Source: Archaeoglobus fulgidus DSM 4304
Lineage (GTDB): Archaea; Halobacteriota; Archaeoglobi; Archaeoglobales; Archaeoglobaceae
Direction of reading: 5' to 3'
Assembly: GCF_000008665.1 (NCBI RefSeq)
Contig: NC_000917.1
Location: forward strand, 1,800,001-1,832,000
DNA: 32,000 bases
Under the pieces are notes generated by a model. The model worked only from the letters and a program-made list of their open reading frames with translations, had not been told where the DNA came from and searched no databases. The position numbers and the translations under genes are program-made. The first letter of the stretch is position 1; each line of letters begins with the position of its first letter. Below, one piece after another: positions 17,276-25,166 of this stretch.

Positions 17276-18407
17276 CTTCAGCTTCTCCTGCGTGAGAGTT
17301 GTTTTTGGATGGGGAAGGCTGGAGAGAATTGAGGAGGAGGTTGAGAGGCTTAAGGGAGGAAAGGTGGTGTTTATTGCAGACAGGGCGGTGAGAAAGGCCG
17401 TAGAAGAGCTCAACCTCAGCTTTGACTACGAGATTTTTTCGGATGTTGAGCCTGAACCCGAAATCGGCATTGTGGATGATATCATTGAGAAATTCAGCTT
17501 CGACACGGTTGTTGGCGTTGGTGGGGGCAGCACCCTCGATGTTGCGAAGCTCACGGCAGTTGCTGCGGGGGAAAAAGCTAAGGCTGTGGAGCTGGTGGGG
17601 AAAAAGCTGCCCGAAAGGAAGTGCAAGCTCCTTCTCTGCCCCACTACAGCAGGAACCGGCTCTGAGGTGACGAAGCTAGCGGTTTTCAAAATCCCTAAAA
17701 GAGAAGTGAAGTACGTTTTCGATGACGAGAGCCTTTATGCGGATATAGCCATCATCGACCCGAAGCTCACACTCTCCTGCCCTCCTCATGTGACAGCAAG
17801 CTCAGGGATAGATGCTTTCTGCCACGCTATCGAAGCGTACACGTCCCTTTTCTCAAACCCAATCTCCGACATGTTTGCGGAGAAGGCCATTGCAATTATT
17901 CCAAAAGCTCTCAGGGAGGCTTACGCCAATGGAGAGAATGTGAGGGCAAGAACAGACATGTCTTTTGCCTCCCTCCTTGCCGGAATCGCTTTCAACTCAG
18001 CGGGCACAGGGCTGGGACACGCTTTGGGGTATGCGCACAATCACATTCACAACAGCCCCCATGGCAAGAGTGTTGGTATAACAATGCCCTACGTTCTGCA
18101 GTACAACGCCATTGCAGACCTTGAGAAGCACGCCAGAATAGCGAGGGCTTTGGGTGAGAGTGGCTCCTCTTTAAGAGAAACTGCACTAAGAGCAGGAATT
18201 GGCTTTGCCAAACTTCTGAAGGATTTAGGAATGCCCCACAAACTGAGCGACGTTGGTGCTGGAGAGGATGACATTGAGAAGATAGTGGACAGGATTTTCT
18301 TGAGCGAGAAGCACGTTCGGAGGAATCCAAGAGTTGTAAGGAGAGAGGAGATGTATGATGTGGTGAGAAAATCAATCCACGGAATCCTTCGGGAAGAAGA
18401 GTACTGA
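17268..18407 (+). CDS. Iron-containing alcohol dehydrogenase
   Basis: VGVGGGSTLDVAKLTAV, CPTTAGTGSEVTKLAVF, GIDAFCHAIEAYTS, GLGHALGYAHNHIHNSPHGKSVGITMPYVL (metal-binding His). Confidence 0.92.
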   Translation: MDSFSFSCVRVVFGWGRLERIEEEVERLKGGKVVFIADRAVRKAVEELNLSFDYEIFSDVEPEPEIGIVDDIIEKFSFDTVVGVGGGSTLDVAKLTAVAAGEKAKAVELVGKKLPERKCKLLLCPTTAGTGSEVTKLAVFKIPKREVKYVFDDESLYADIAIIDPKLTLSCPPHVTASSGIDAFCHAIEAYTSLFSNPISDMFAEKAIAIIPKALREAYANGENVRARTDMSFASLLAGIAFNSAGTGLGHALGYAHNHIHNSPHGKSVGITMPYVLQYNAIADLEKHARIARALGESGSSLRETALRAGIGFAKLLKDLGMPHKLSDVGAGEDDIEKIVDRIFLSEKHVRRNPRVVRREEMYDVVRKSIHGILREEEY

Positions 18408-18947
18408 GAAGCCATTCACGGTTATCGTGTCAACCTGCATCTCGTACTTTTTGCTGTAATACTTCTCGTAGAGGTATTTCAGCAGATTGAGGTGAAGCTC
18501 GGAGACTGCTTTGCTCCTCATGTCGTGGTAGAAGACGAAGTTTAGCTTCTCCCCATCCTTCTGCACTTCAGCATGCTCCGCCCTGTTCAGCAGATTCCAG
18601 AGCCTTGCCACAACGCTGAGAAGCTCCTCAAAGTCGAGGTCGCTTATGGGCTTCTTTGAAAGATACTTGACGGCCATCTCGATCATACTCTCCCTTACAG
18701 CCCTCTCAGCATCTCCCTCAACCAGTGCGGTGTAGTGGTCCTTCGCACAGAGCATGAAGTTGAGCTCCCTGATAAAGGCTAGAATCAACAAATCCTCATC
18801 TCCCAACCTGCTGAAGTTCTCCGAGGTGTAAAGCAAATCCACTGCTTTCTCAACAACGCTGCTTGTGGTTCGATGCTTTTTCTTCAAATCCTCAATTTTT
18901 CTGGCCGTTTCAGATGACACTGTGGTATGGAGCCTGATTTTTACCAT
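18372..18947 (-). CDS. Ribbon-helix-helix-like DNA-binding N-terminus fused to an unrecognised C-terminal domain
   Basis: MVKIRLHTTVSSETARKIEDLKKKHRTTSSVVEKAVDLLYTS: RHH/CopG-like; the remaining ~150 aa are helical with no recognised family. Confidence 0.65.
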   Translation of the reverse strand: MVKIRLHTTVSSETARKIEDLKKKHRTTSSVVEKAVDLLYTSENFSRLGDEDLLILAFIRELNFMLCAKDHYTALVEGDAERAVRESMIEMAVKYLSKKPISDLDFEELLSVVARLWNLLNRAEHAEVQKDGEKLNFVFYHDMRSKAVSELHLNLLKYLYEKYYSKKYEMQVDTITVNGFSVLFFPKDSVD

Positions 18948-19019
18948 GGTTTTTATCCTCCCACTCCCTTAAAAACCTATCCCGAAGAAATTTTTTATAT
19001 TGGCAAATGTACTGAAAAC

Positions 19020-20018
19020 ATGCAGCCTGTTGGTCTTGACATTGGCACGAACTACACCAAGATTACGGCGGATGGGAAAAATGTTCTGCTTTACCCCTCA
19101 ATCGTAGCTTACGGTGAGGAGAAGGACTGGAGCCTTAAGGGAGAGACGAAGAGCGTTTATATCGGTGATGAAGCTTTGTCCATAGTTCAGTCTATGGAGA
19201 ATGTTGAAGTTCTCCGACCCCTTCACGAGGGCAGGGTTCTGCATACATCCTACCTCGAACTTGCGAAATACGGTCTGAACAAGCTCAAAGTGAAGGACGG
19301 CCTAATAGCGACCGGACTTCCTGTTAAATCGTCAAAAAAGGAGAGAGAAGAACTGAAAAGGGAGCTGGAGTCTGAGCTAAACTCAAAGGTCCTGATATTT
19401 CCGGAGCCTGTCGGAACCATGGCCTACATGGGAATGGAGACCGGAGTGTGCGTGGATATTGGCTTTGGAACGACCGATGTTCTCGTGATTGCGGACATGG
19501 AGTATTTAAAGGGAGACACGATGCTCATGGGCGTTGACAAGCTCTACGAGAATTTGGAGGTAGCTGTGAGAAACAGGATAGGAATAAGCATCACTCCGGA
19601 AGAGATGACGAAGCTTCTCACAACCGAAGGCTACGAAATTGGAAGAATAAGGGGTGGAAAGAAAGTTAGCGTCAGCAGAGAAGAGATCATGCCAGAATAC
19701 GAAGGCTACGTCAAAACCTGGGTGGAGAGAATTGCGAGCAGGGTCAAGCTCGTTCTTGAGGGGCTCTCGACAACACTTGTGGAGAACTTTGCAATAACAG
19801 GCGGTGGAAGCATGCTGCCCGGAGTTTACGAGATGTTCAAGGAAAGCTTCAGCGATATTGGAGACGTCAAAAGACCGGATGAACCGATAAAGGCGAACTC
19901 CATTGGATACTACATCCTTGCGAAGTCTCTTGTAGTAGAGGCTGAGACGGAACAGAGTGGCGATGCCGAAATTCTCGATGCAGATGACAAAAAGAAGGGG
20001 AGGAAGGGCAAGAAATGA
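19020..20018 (+). CDS. Actin/ParM-like ATPase (archaeal ParM/Ta0583-type)
   Basis: Phosphate-1 GLDIGTNYTKITADG, phosphate-2 CVDIGFGTTDVLVIADM, adenosine motif AITGGGSMLPGVYEMF; NAIGYY-like NSIGYYILA. The track starts at 18927, but ATG 19020 (MQPVGLDIGTNYTK) fits the fold and lies ~25 nt after the TTTTTTATAT element. Confidence 0.9.
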   Translation: MQPVGLDIGTNYTKITADGKNVLLYPSIVAYGEEKDWSLKGETKSVYIGDEALSIVQSMENVEVLRPLHEGRVLHTSYLELAKYGLNKLKVKDGLIATGLPVKSSKKEREELKRELESELNSKVLIFPEPVGTMAYMGMETGVCVDIGFGTTDVLVIADMEYLKGDTMLMGVDKLYENLEVAVRNRIGISITPEEMTKLLTTEGYEIGRIRGGKKVSVSREEIMPEYEGYVKTWVERIASRVKLVLEGLSTTLVENFAITGGGSMLPGVYEMFKESFSDIGDVKRPDEPIKANSIGYYILAKSLVVEAETEQSGDAEILDADDKKKGRKGKK

Positions 20019-20542
20019 AGATAACCGTAGAAATTCCGCCTGACATGGAAAAGCTTCTGGTGAAAAAGTGCGAGGAGTCAGGAGTATCTCCTTCGGAGTT
20101 CGTGTACCTCCTTCTTGAGTGGTATTTCTTCAAGAGGGGCAAGAAGGCAGAAACAACTGGTGAGCTCAACGAGTTCCTCAGAGTGGCCAAGGAAGTGGCT
20201 GACGAAAGAGTGAGGTTCTGCAAGTTCAGCGATGGAGCCTACTGCGCCATTGAAACCTTCGAAGATGTGTTTTCCGATAAAGAGCCCACGCCCATCTCCC
20301 CATACCGCTGCCTCTTCTGCCTTTACTATGTGGACAAGAGAAAAGATAAAAGGAGAACGGAGTTCAGGGAGCTGACTGAAGCCAAGATGTACGATTTGGC
20401 AAAGATCGCTGCAAAGTTTGTAGTGGAGCTCTACGGAGACAGGCTCGGCTACAGGCCTAAAACGAAGTCTGAGGAAATAGTGGAGAAACAAGAGAAAAAG
20501 GATGAGAAGCTCCCCAAGGTTAAGAAACTTCTCGATTGGTAG
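20015..20542 (+). CDS. Ribbon-helix-helix-like protein with a four-cysteine segment
   Basis: [42 protein letters not shown] (RHH-like), then [19 protein letters not shown]...[12 protein letters not shown] (C-x7-C ... CxxC). ATGA overlap with the actin-like gene stop. Confidence 0.7.
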
Positions 20543-21398
20543 AGTTGGGCTGAACATAAACGGAGATTTAAGCGAGAAAGAAATAGAGGAGAGAGTCAGA
20601 ATTGCCGAGAGAGCGGGAGTGAGAGTTATCTGGATTGGGGAGTTTGAGGGTTTCCAGGATCCATTCAGCGTTGCAGAAACTGTGAGCTCTCGCAGCCAAA
20701 TGTGGGTTGGATTCGGAGTGCTCTCAGCGCAGAAGGGCTGCGAGAGGATAATCGCAGAAGTTGAGGAGTTGAGGAAAAGACATGGCGACAGGTTCATTGT
20801 GGGAATCGGTGCGGGGAGCTATCAAAGCCCGAAGGAAGGGTACAGGAAGATGAGAAGATGCGTGGAGTTTCTGAGAAACGCTGAATTCCCCGTTGTTGTC
20901 GGGGCAAGCTCACCCGGAACTGCATCCCTCTCAAAAGAGGTGGATGGCGTTCTTTTTAACTCCGTCAAGGAGGAGTTTATCTCATGGCTTCTCCGCTTTA
21001 CTAACACCGCCTTCAAAGCCGCCTACGGCCCGGCATTGATTTTACCGAGCAGCAACGAAGAAGATTTACTTCTTGCAGCCGCAATTGTCTTCACGGGAAG
21101 CAAAAGGCTCATAGCGGAGTTTAGATTTGAGGAGGTTGCGAAAGAGCTTTCAAAGGTGGACATAATGTCTCTGGTGAGGGCAAGATGGGAGGGGAGGAGC
21201 ATAGCAGGTGAGGAGGGGGCTGAGATTCTCTTCAGGCATAGGGAGTTTTTACTGCAGAACTTCACCATAAGCGGAGATGTGGGGGAGGTAAGGAGAAGAA
21301 TAAAATCGTTGCTCAATATCTGCGACCACGTGGTGCTCGCAGACCCCTTCTTTCGGGATGTTGACTCGGTCAGAAGGTTGAAAGAAGTGGTTGTATGA
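20502..21398 (+). CDS. Luciferase-like/F420-dependent oxidoreductase family (Mer-related), short form
   Basis: [40 protein letters not shown]; [12 protein letters not shown]; FIVGIGAGS; [28 protein letters not shown]. Confidence 0.7.
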
Positions 21399-22423
21399 GA
21401 GATGTTGTAAGATTCATCAACCCCTACGACCCCGGGCTTTTCCCCGAGGATTTTCCCGACAAAGAGGTTGTCAACCTTTCTTCAAACGAGAATCCTTATG
21501 AGCCGAGCGAGGAGGTTAGGGAGGCTTACCTTAGGGCTGTGAAATACATTCCAAGATATCCTAAAGCGGACTACGCCCGGCTGAAAAAGGCCCTTGCAGA
21601 ATACACGGGCTTTGAAGTTGAAAACATAGCTGTGGGATGTGGAGCATCTGAGCTAATTTCCTGCATCTGCAACGTTCTGCTGGAAGAGCTGGACAGGGTT
21701 GTCATTCCAATGCCCTCCTACACCCTCTACTCCATCTATGCAATGTTGCGGAGCGCATCCATCAGCTTCCCGGTTTTTGAGGGATACAGGGTTGATCCTG
21801 ACGTCATCGCCGAGGAAAGGCCGAAGCTCGTTTTTCTCTGCTCTCCCAACAACCCAACGGGCAACAGCCTGAGCAGAGAAATCGTTCAGAAGGTGGCTGA
21901 GAGTGCGGAGTACGTTGTGCTGGATGAGGCCTATGTGGAGTTCAGCGATGATTCAAAGATTGAGATGGTTAGGGATTACAACAACCTGATTGTGCTGAGA
22001 AGCTTTTCCAAGTTTTTCGGGCTTGCAGGAATGAGGGTTGGTTATGCTGTCTGCAGTGCGGAGATTGCTGAGGCAATTGAGAAGGTAAGGCTGCCCTTTG
22101 GTATAAGCTATCCTGCAGTTGAAACGGCAATTGCCGCTTTGAGGTCCTTGGATTACTACAAAAAAGTAAGGGACAGAATCGTCAGGGAGAGGGAGAGGCT
22201 TATTGAGAAACTGAAAGAAATTGAGTGGCTTGAAGTTTACCCGTCAGATGCCAACTTCGTGCTTGTAAAGGCGAACAAGGAGGGCGTGGTAGAGAAGCTG
22301 GCCGAGAAGGGGTTTATTGTGAGGGATGCAAGTGTTATGGGCCTTGAGGGTCTGTATATTCGCATTACAGTGGGTAAGCGAGAGGATAATGACAGGCTGA
22401 TTGAGGCCCTAAGAGAAATTTAG
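21395..22423 (+). CDS. hisC: Histidinol-phosphate aminotransferase family (second paralog)
   Basis: [79 protein letters not shown] overlap with the preceding gene. Confidence 0.85.
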
Positions 22424-22965
22424 AAGAGGTCTTCAGCCTTTATAATCTCAACGCCGTCAACCTTCATCTTCCTGTCGCTAACGACCTTTGCTTTCAGCTT
22501 TTTTGCAGCAGCAATGCTTTCTGCAAGCTCAACACCGTGATTTAGGTACTTTGCAACCTCTTCATCAGAAACGTCAACTATTTCGAGATTCATCCTTGCT
22601 CCAACTTTTGGTGGGAGGTTTCGGTAGCTCTGCCTTGTTATGTAAATCTTTCCGCCGTAATTCCTCTTCATCAGCTCCATAACACCCTTTGAATCCGCCA
22701 CGATTCTCGTGGGCAGCTCGGGCAGCGGCATTGAGAGCAGAATGTAAACTCCAGCGGTCATCAAAACCCAGATAGCAATGAGGGAGACTATTGCAACAAT
22801 TCCCCTCATAAACTCCTCAAGCCTTATTACATTGAGAAGGACGAGGGCGAGGAAGCCGAATAGCACGAAGGAGGTTGAAATGAGCACAGCAGCAATGGTG
22901 TCTCTCCTCTTCACTTCTTTCACCAGTTCCTCAAGCACCACTTCAAACTCATCCAAATCAACCAC
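22420..22965 (-). CDS. Two-TM membrane protein with a cytosolic PIN-like C-terminal domain
   Basis: Two hydrophobic helices (TIAAVLISTSFVLFGFLALVLLNVI; MRGIVAIVSLIAIWVLMTAGVYILL), then RIVADSKGVMELM...DEEVAKYLNHGVELAESIAAAKKLKAKVVSD. Confidence 0.6.
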   Translation of the reverse strand: MVDLDEFEVVLEELVKEVKRRDTIAAVLISTSFVLFGFLALVLLNVIRLEEFMRGIVAIVSLIAIWVLMTAGVYILLSMPLPELPTRIVADSKGVMELMKRNYGGKIYITRQSYRNLPPKVGARMNLEIVDVSDEEVAKYLNHGVELAESIAAAKKLKAKVVSDRKMKVDGVEIIKAEDLF

Positions 22966-24439
22966 CTCTCAACAGCAAGGGCACACATCCGTTCCTTACG
23001 GCTATTTCCGCCACCTCCTTTTTAGTCGTTGCCAGCGGCCTCTTTATCATAATCGCCGCAGCAATAGACTCTGCATGTTCCCTTCTCAACCCCATACCCA
23101 CGAACCTCTCAACCAGTTCTTCATCAGGCGTTATAATAATGCTTCCTGGCAACGCGTTTGATGGGGTGGTGTATATTCTTCTGCCATAAGCTCTCAGAAG
23201 AGCGTAGTTCTGGGCGTTGACGGCATCAGAGGTAACCACAACACCCCTCCTCGTCATTAAGGGGACGAAGACAATGGACATGAAGAGGGCGTAGGCTGCT
23301 GGTAGCATCATGGCTATGTATCCTTCAACGATTTCAGCAGGAATTTCGGGGACGGTTATTGCAGGCAGTGAAACGGATACCGGCAGAGAAATCGGCTGGG
23401 GTTGAGCTGGAGGTTGAACTGGAGGCTGCACTGGTGGTTGAGCGGGTGGTTGCACGGGCGGTAGCACTGGAGGTGGCGGGCCACCTCCACCACCTCCTCC
23501 GCCACCGCCGCCTCCGGGGGGCGTGAACTGGTAGCCAAGACCTTTCAGCACAGCTTCACCCACGATGTAGTTACCATCAGAAAATGTTGCAGGGAAAATC
23601 GTTACCTCGCACTGCCCTGCCAGCCTTGCCTTTGCCCTTGCGTAGAAAACGGGTGTTTTGTCACTCTCCACAACGCTCTGGAATGTTTTGTTCTCTCCTG
23701 CCGAAAGCTGGAAGGTTTCATTGTAAAGCGATTCTCTGTCGGTGAAGGTGTAGTCATCTATCTTCAGCACATACCACGCCTCAAAGCTAACATTCACATC
23801 CTGAGCGAGCGGGTTCTGAATGCGGAAGGTAGCATACCATTCATTTCCAGCTCTCTTCTTCTCAATTGAGAGAAGCAGCTCAACACCATACTCAACCGGC
23901 ACCGAGTCTTTCAGCTTGAATGCGAGAATTGAGTCGGAGATTTCACCTGAGTATCCTGACACGAGGATGGAGAAGGACTTCTCACCTCCAGCAGGGATGG
24001 TTGAGTGGAAGGTCAGCGTATCTCCAGCCTGACAGCCAATGCAGCTTAGAAAATTGGCAGGCTTTGGAATTTCAATGCTGACATCAACATCTCTACTGTA
24101 GCTGTTTTTGATGGTGTAGATGATGTTAACAGCCCCTCCCTGAAGATTTGCAGTGTGTGTGATTGAGAGGGGGAAATTTTGGGGGCTTAGCGTTTTGTAG
24201 GGGTCTATTTTGAGGTTGGAATTGGCTGGGATGAGAGGGATGTAAACGAAGTCGTTTCTGTAGGAGAGGTTAACGTCGTAGAGGTTGAAGGGGTAGGGGT
24301 TGGTGAAGTTGACAACCATCCAGTCCCTTCCGACCTCCTGAGTGGCATTGGGGTAAAAAACCACCTCCCTTATCTCGTAAATGCATGCCATTGAGGGATA
24401 AATCAGGAGGAGCAGGGAGAGAAAAGCCAAGAGTCTCAT
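22958..24439 (-). CDS. Secreted/membrane-anchored protein with Gly/Pro-rich linker, TM helix and PIN-like cytosolic tail
   Basis: Signal peptide MRLLAFLSLLLLIYPSMA if started at ATG 24439 (the track start 24592 adds an implausible 51-aa extension). Extracellular beta-rich region, G13-PPPP-(PPVQPPAQ)n linker, C-terminal TM YIAMMLPAAYALFMSIVFVPLM, then tail VVVTSDAVNAQNYALLRAYG...HAESIAAAIMI. Confidence 0.75.
   Translation of the reverse strand: MRLLAFLSLLLLIYPSMACIYEIREVVFYPNATQEVGRDWMVVNFTNPYPFNLYDVNLSYRNDFVYIPLIPANSNLKIDPYKTLSPQNFPLSITHTANLQGGAVNIIYTIKNSYSRDVDVSIEIPKPANFLSCIGCQAGDTLTFHSTIPAGGEKSFSILVSGYSGEISDSILAFKLKDSVPVEYGVELLLSIEKKRAGNEWYATFRIQNPLAQDVNVSFEAWYVLKIDDYTFTDRESLYNETFQLSAGENKTFQSVVESDKTPVFYARAKARLAGQCEVTIFPATFSDGNYIVGEAVLKGLGYQFTPPGGGGGGGGGGGGPPPPVLPPVQPPAQPPVQPPVQPPAQPQPISLPVSVSLPAITVPEIPAEIVEGYIAMMLPAAYALFMSIVFVPLMTRRGVVVTSDAVNAQNYALLRAYGRRIYTTPSNALPGSIIITPDEELVERFVGMGLRREHAESIAAAIMIKRPLATTKKEVAEIAVRNGCVPLLLRGG
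23400..23522. repeat. Low-complexity Gly/Pro-encoding tract
   Basis: Tandem GGTTG(A/C)..CTGGAGGTTG-type units followed by a CC(A/T)CC-type glycine tract; codes for GGGGGGGGGGGGG PPPPVLPPVQPPAQPPVQPPVQPPAQPQP on the minus strand. Confidence 0.8.
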
Positions 24440-25137
24440 TTCCTCAACCCTAAGACAAGCAGAATCACAGCCAATGCGAGCAGCGCTCCCCAGAAGACCA
24501 CGTAACCCCTCACCGGCATCGCTGGTAAGGGCAGAAGCGAGAACTCTGCGGTAAAGAAGGCTATGCTTCCCGCTGGAAGACTTCCCTTCCACATGGGAGT
24601 GTTCTCTGCCGGCGGTTCTGCGTAGGTGAGCTTCCAGTCTGAGTTGACATTGATTTCGAGATTTTTGATGTCCGTGTCGGTGCCAAGGGGTATTGTTACG
24701 GACTTGAAGAGCAAGCCACTGTCAACGATGTCAGCATCATACTCCACGGTGAAGTTCAACTCCCCTTTCGGCTCTATGGGATACCATATCTCGTAAACAA
24801 TCAGCGTGTAGTCCTCCTTCTCCTCAACAGTCACCTTGAAGTTTCTGTTCTCGGAGTAAGCTTTGACATTATAAACCTTCACCGGCTTCCTCTCATCGGT
24901 AAAGGGGATGGAGAGAAAGCCAACCTTAACAGGCTCAGCTTTCTGGAGCCTTATCTCCCCAATACCCGGAACAACGGGCTTGTCAATCAGATTTTTAAGG
25001 GTGACGTCGTAGCGAACATGGGCGAGGGTATCAACATCAACAGTAATCTTGAAATTGGAAATTTCCTCAACCTTCTGAGCCTGAACGGTAGGCAAAATCA
25101 GCAGAAGCGCTATTACCACCCAAACCCTTGCCATCAT
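24436..25137 (-). CDS. Signal-peptide-bearing surface protein with C-terminal TM anchor
   Basis: N-terminal VWVVIALLLILPTVQAQ, beta-rich body, C-terminal YVVFWGALLALAVILLVLGLRK; ATGA overlap with the next gene. Confidence 0.7.
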   Translation of the reverse strand: MMARVWVVIALLLILPTVQAQKVEEISNFKITVDVDTLAHVRYDVTLKNLIDKPVVPGIGEIRLQKAEPVKVGFLSIPFTDERKPVKVYNVKAYSENRNFKVTVEEKEDYTLIVYEIWYPIEPKGELNFTVEYDADIVDSGLLFKSVTIPLGTDTDIKNLEINVNSDWKLTYAEPPAENTPMWKGSLPAGSIAFFTAEFSLLPLPAMPVRGYVVFWGALLALAVILLVLGLRK

Positions 25138-25166
25138 GCTAAAAAAAGGGGAGAAAATTTAAAAAA

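Noticed and set aside
15427-18415. Minus-strand ORFs at 15427-15991, 16480-17104, 17426-17689, 17992-18415
   Set aside because: All opposite confident operon genes; no recognisable domains.
18948-19019. Centromere-like iterons (parC analog) between the actin-like gene and the divergent RHH-like gene
   Set aside because: Only weak CTCCCA/CTCCCT similarity and AT-rich promoter elements are visible in the ~72 bp; no convincing tandem repeats, so not claimed.
20078-20797. 239-aa minus ORF overlapping the RHH-like gene and luciferase-like start
   Set aside because: Antisense to the translationally coupled RHH-like ORF, Ser/Leu-rich and without motifs; the + strand reading is better supported.
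23400-23522. Possible CRISPR or satellite array
   Set aside because: The repeats are short, contiguous and in frame, encoding a Gly/Pro linker; no spacer-repeat periodicity. No CRISPR array seen anywhere in the window.
24440-24592. N-terminal 51-residue extension of the 544-aa minus ORF
   Set aside because: It overlaps the upstream gene extensively and precedes a perfect signal peptide starting at ATG 24439 with ATGA coupling.
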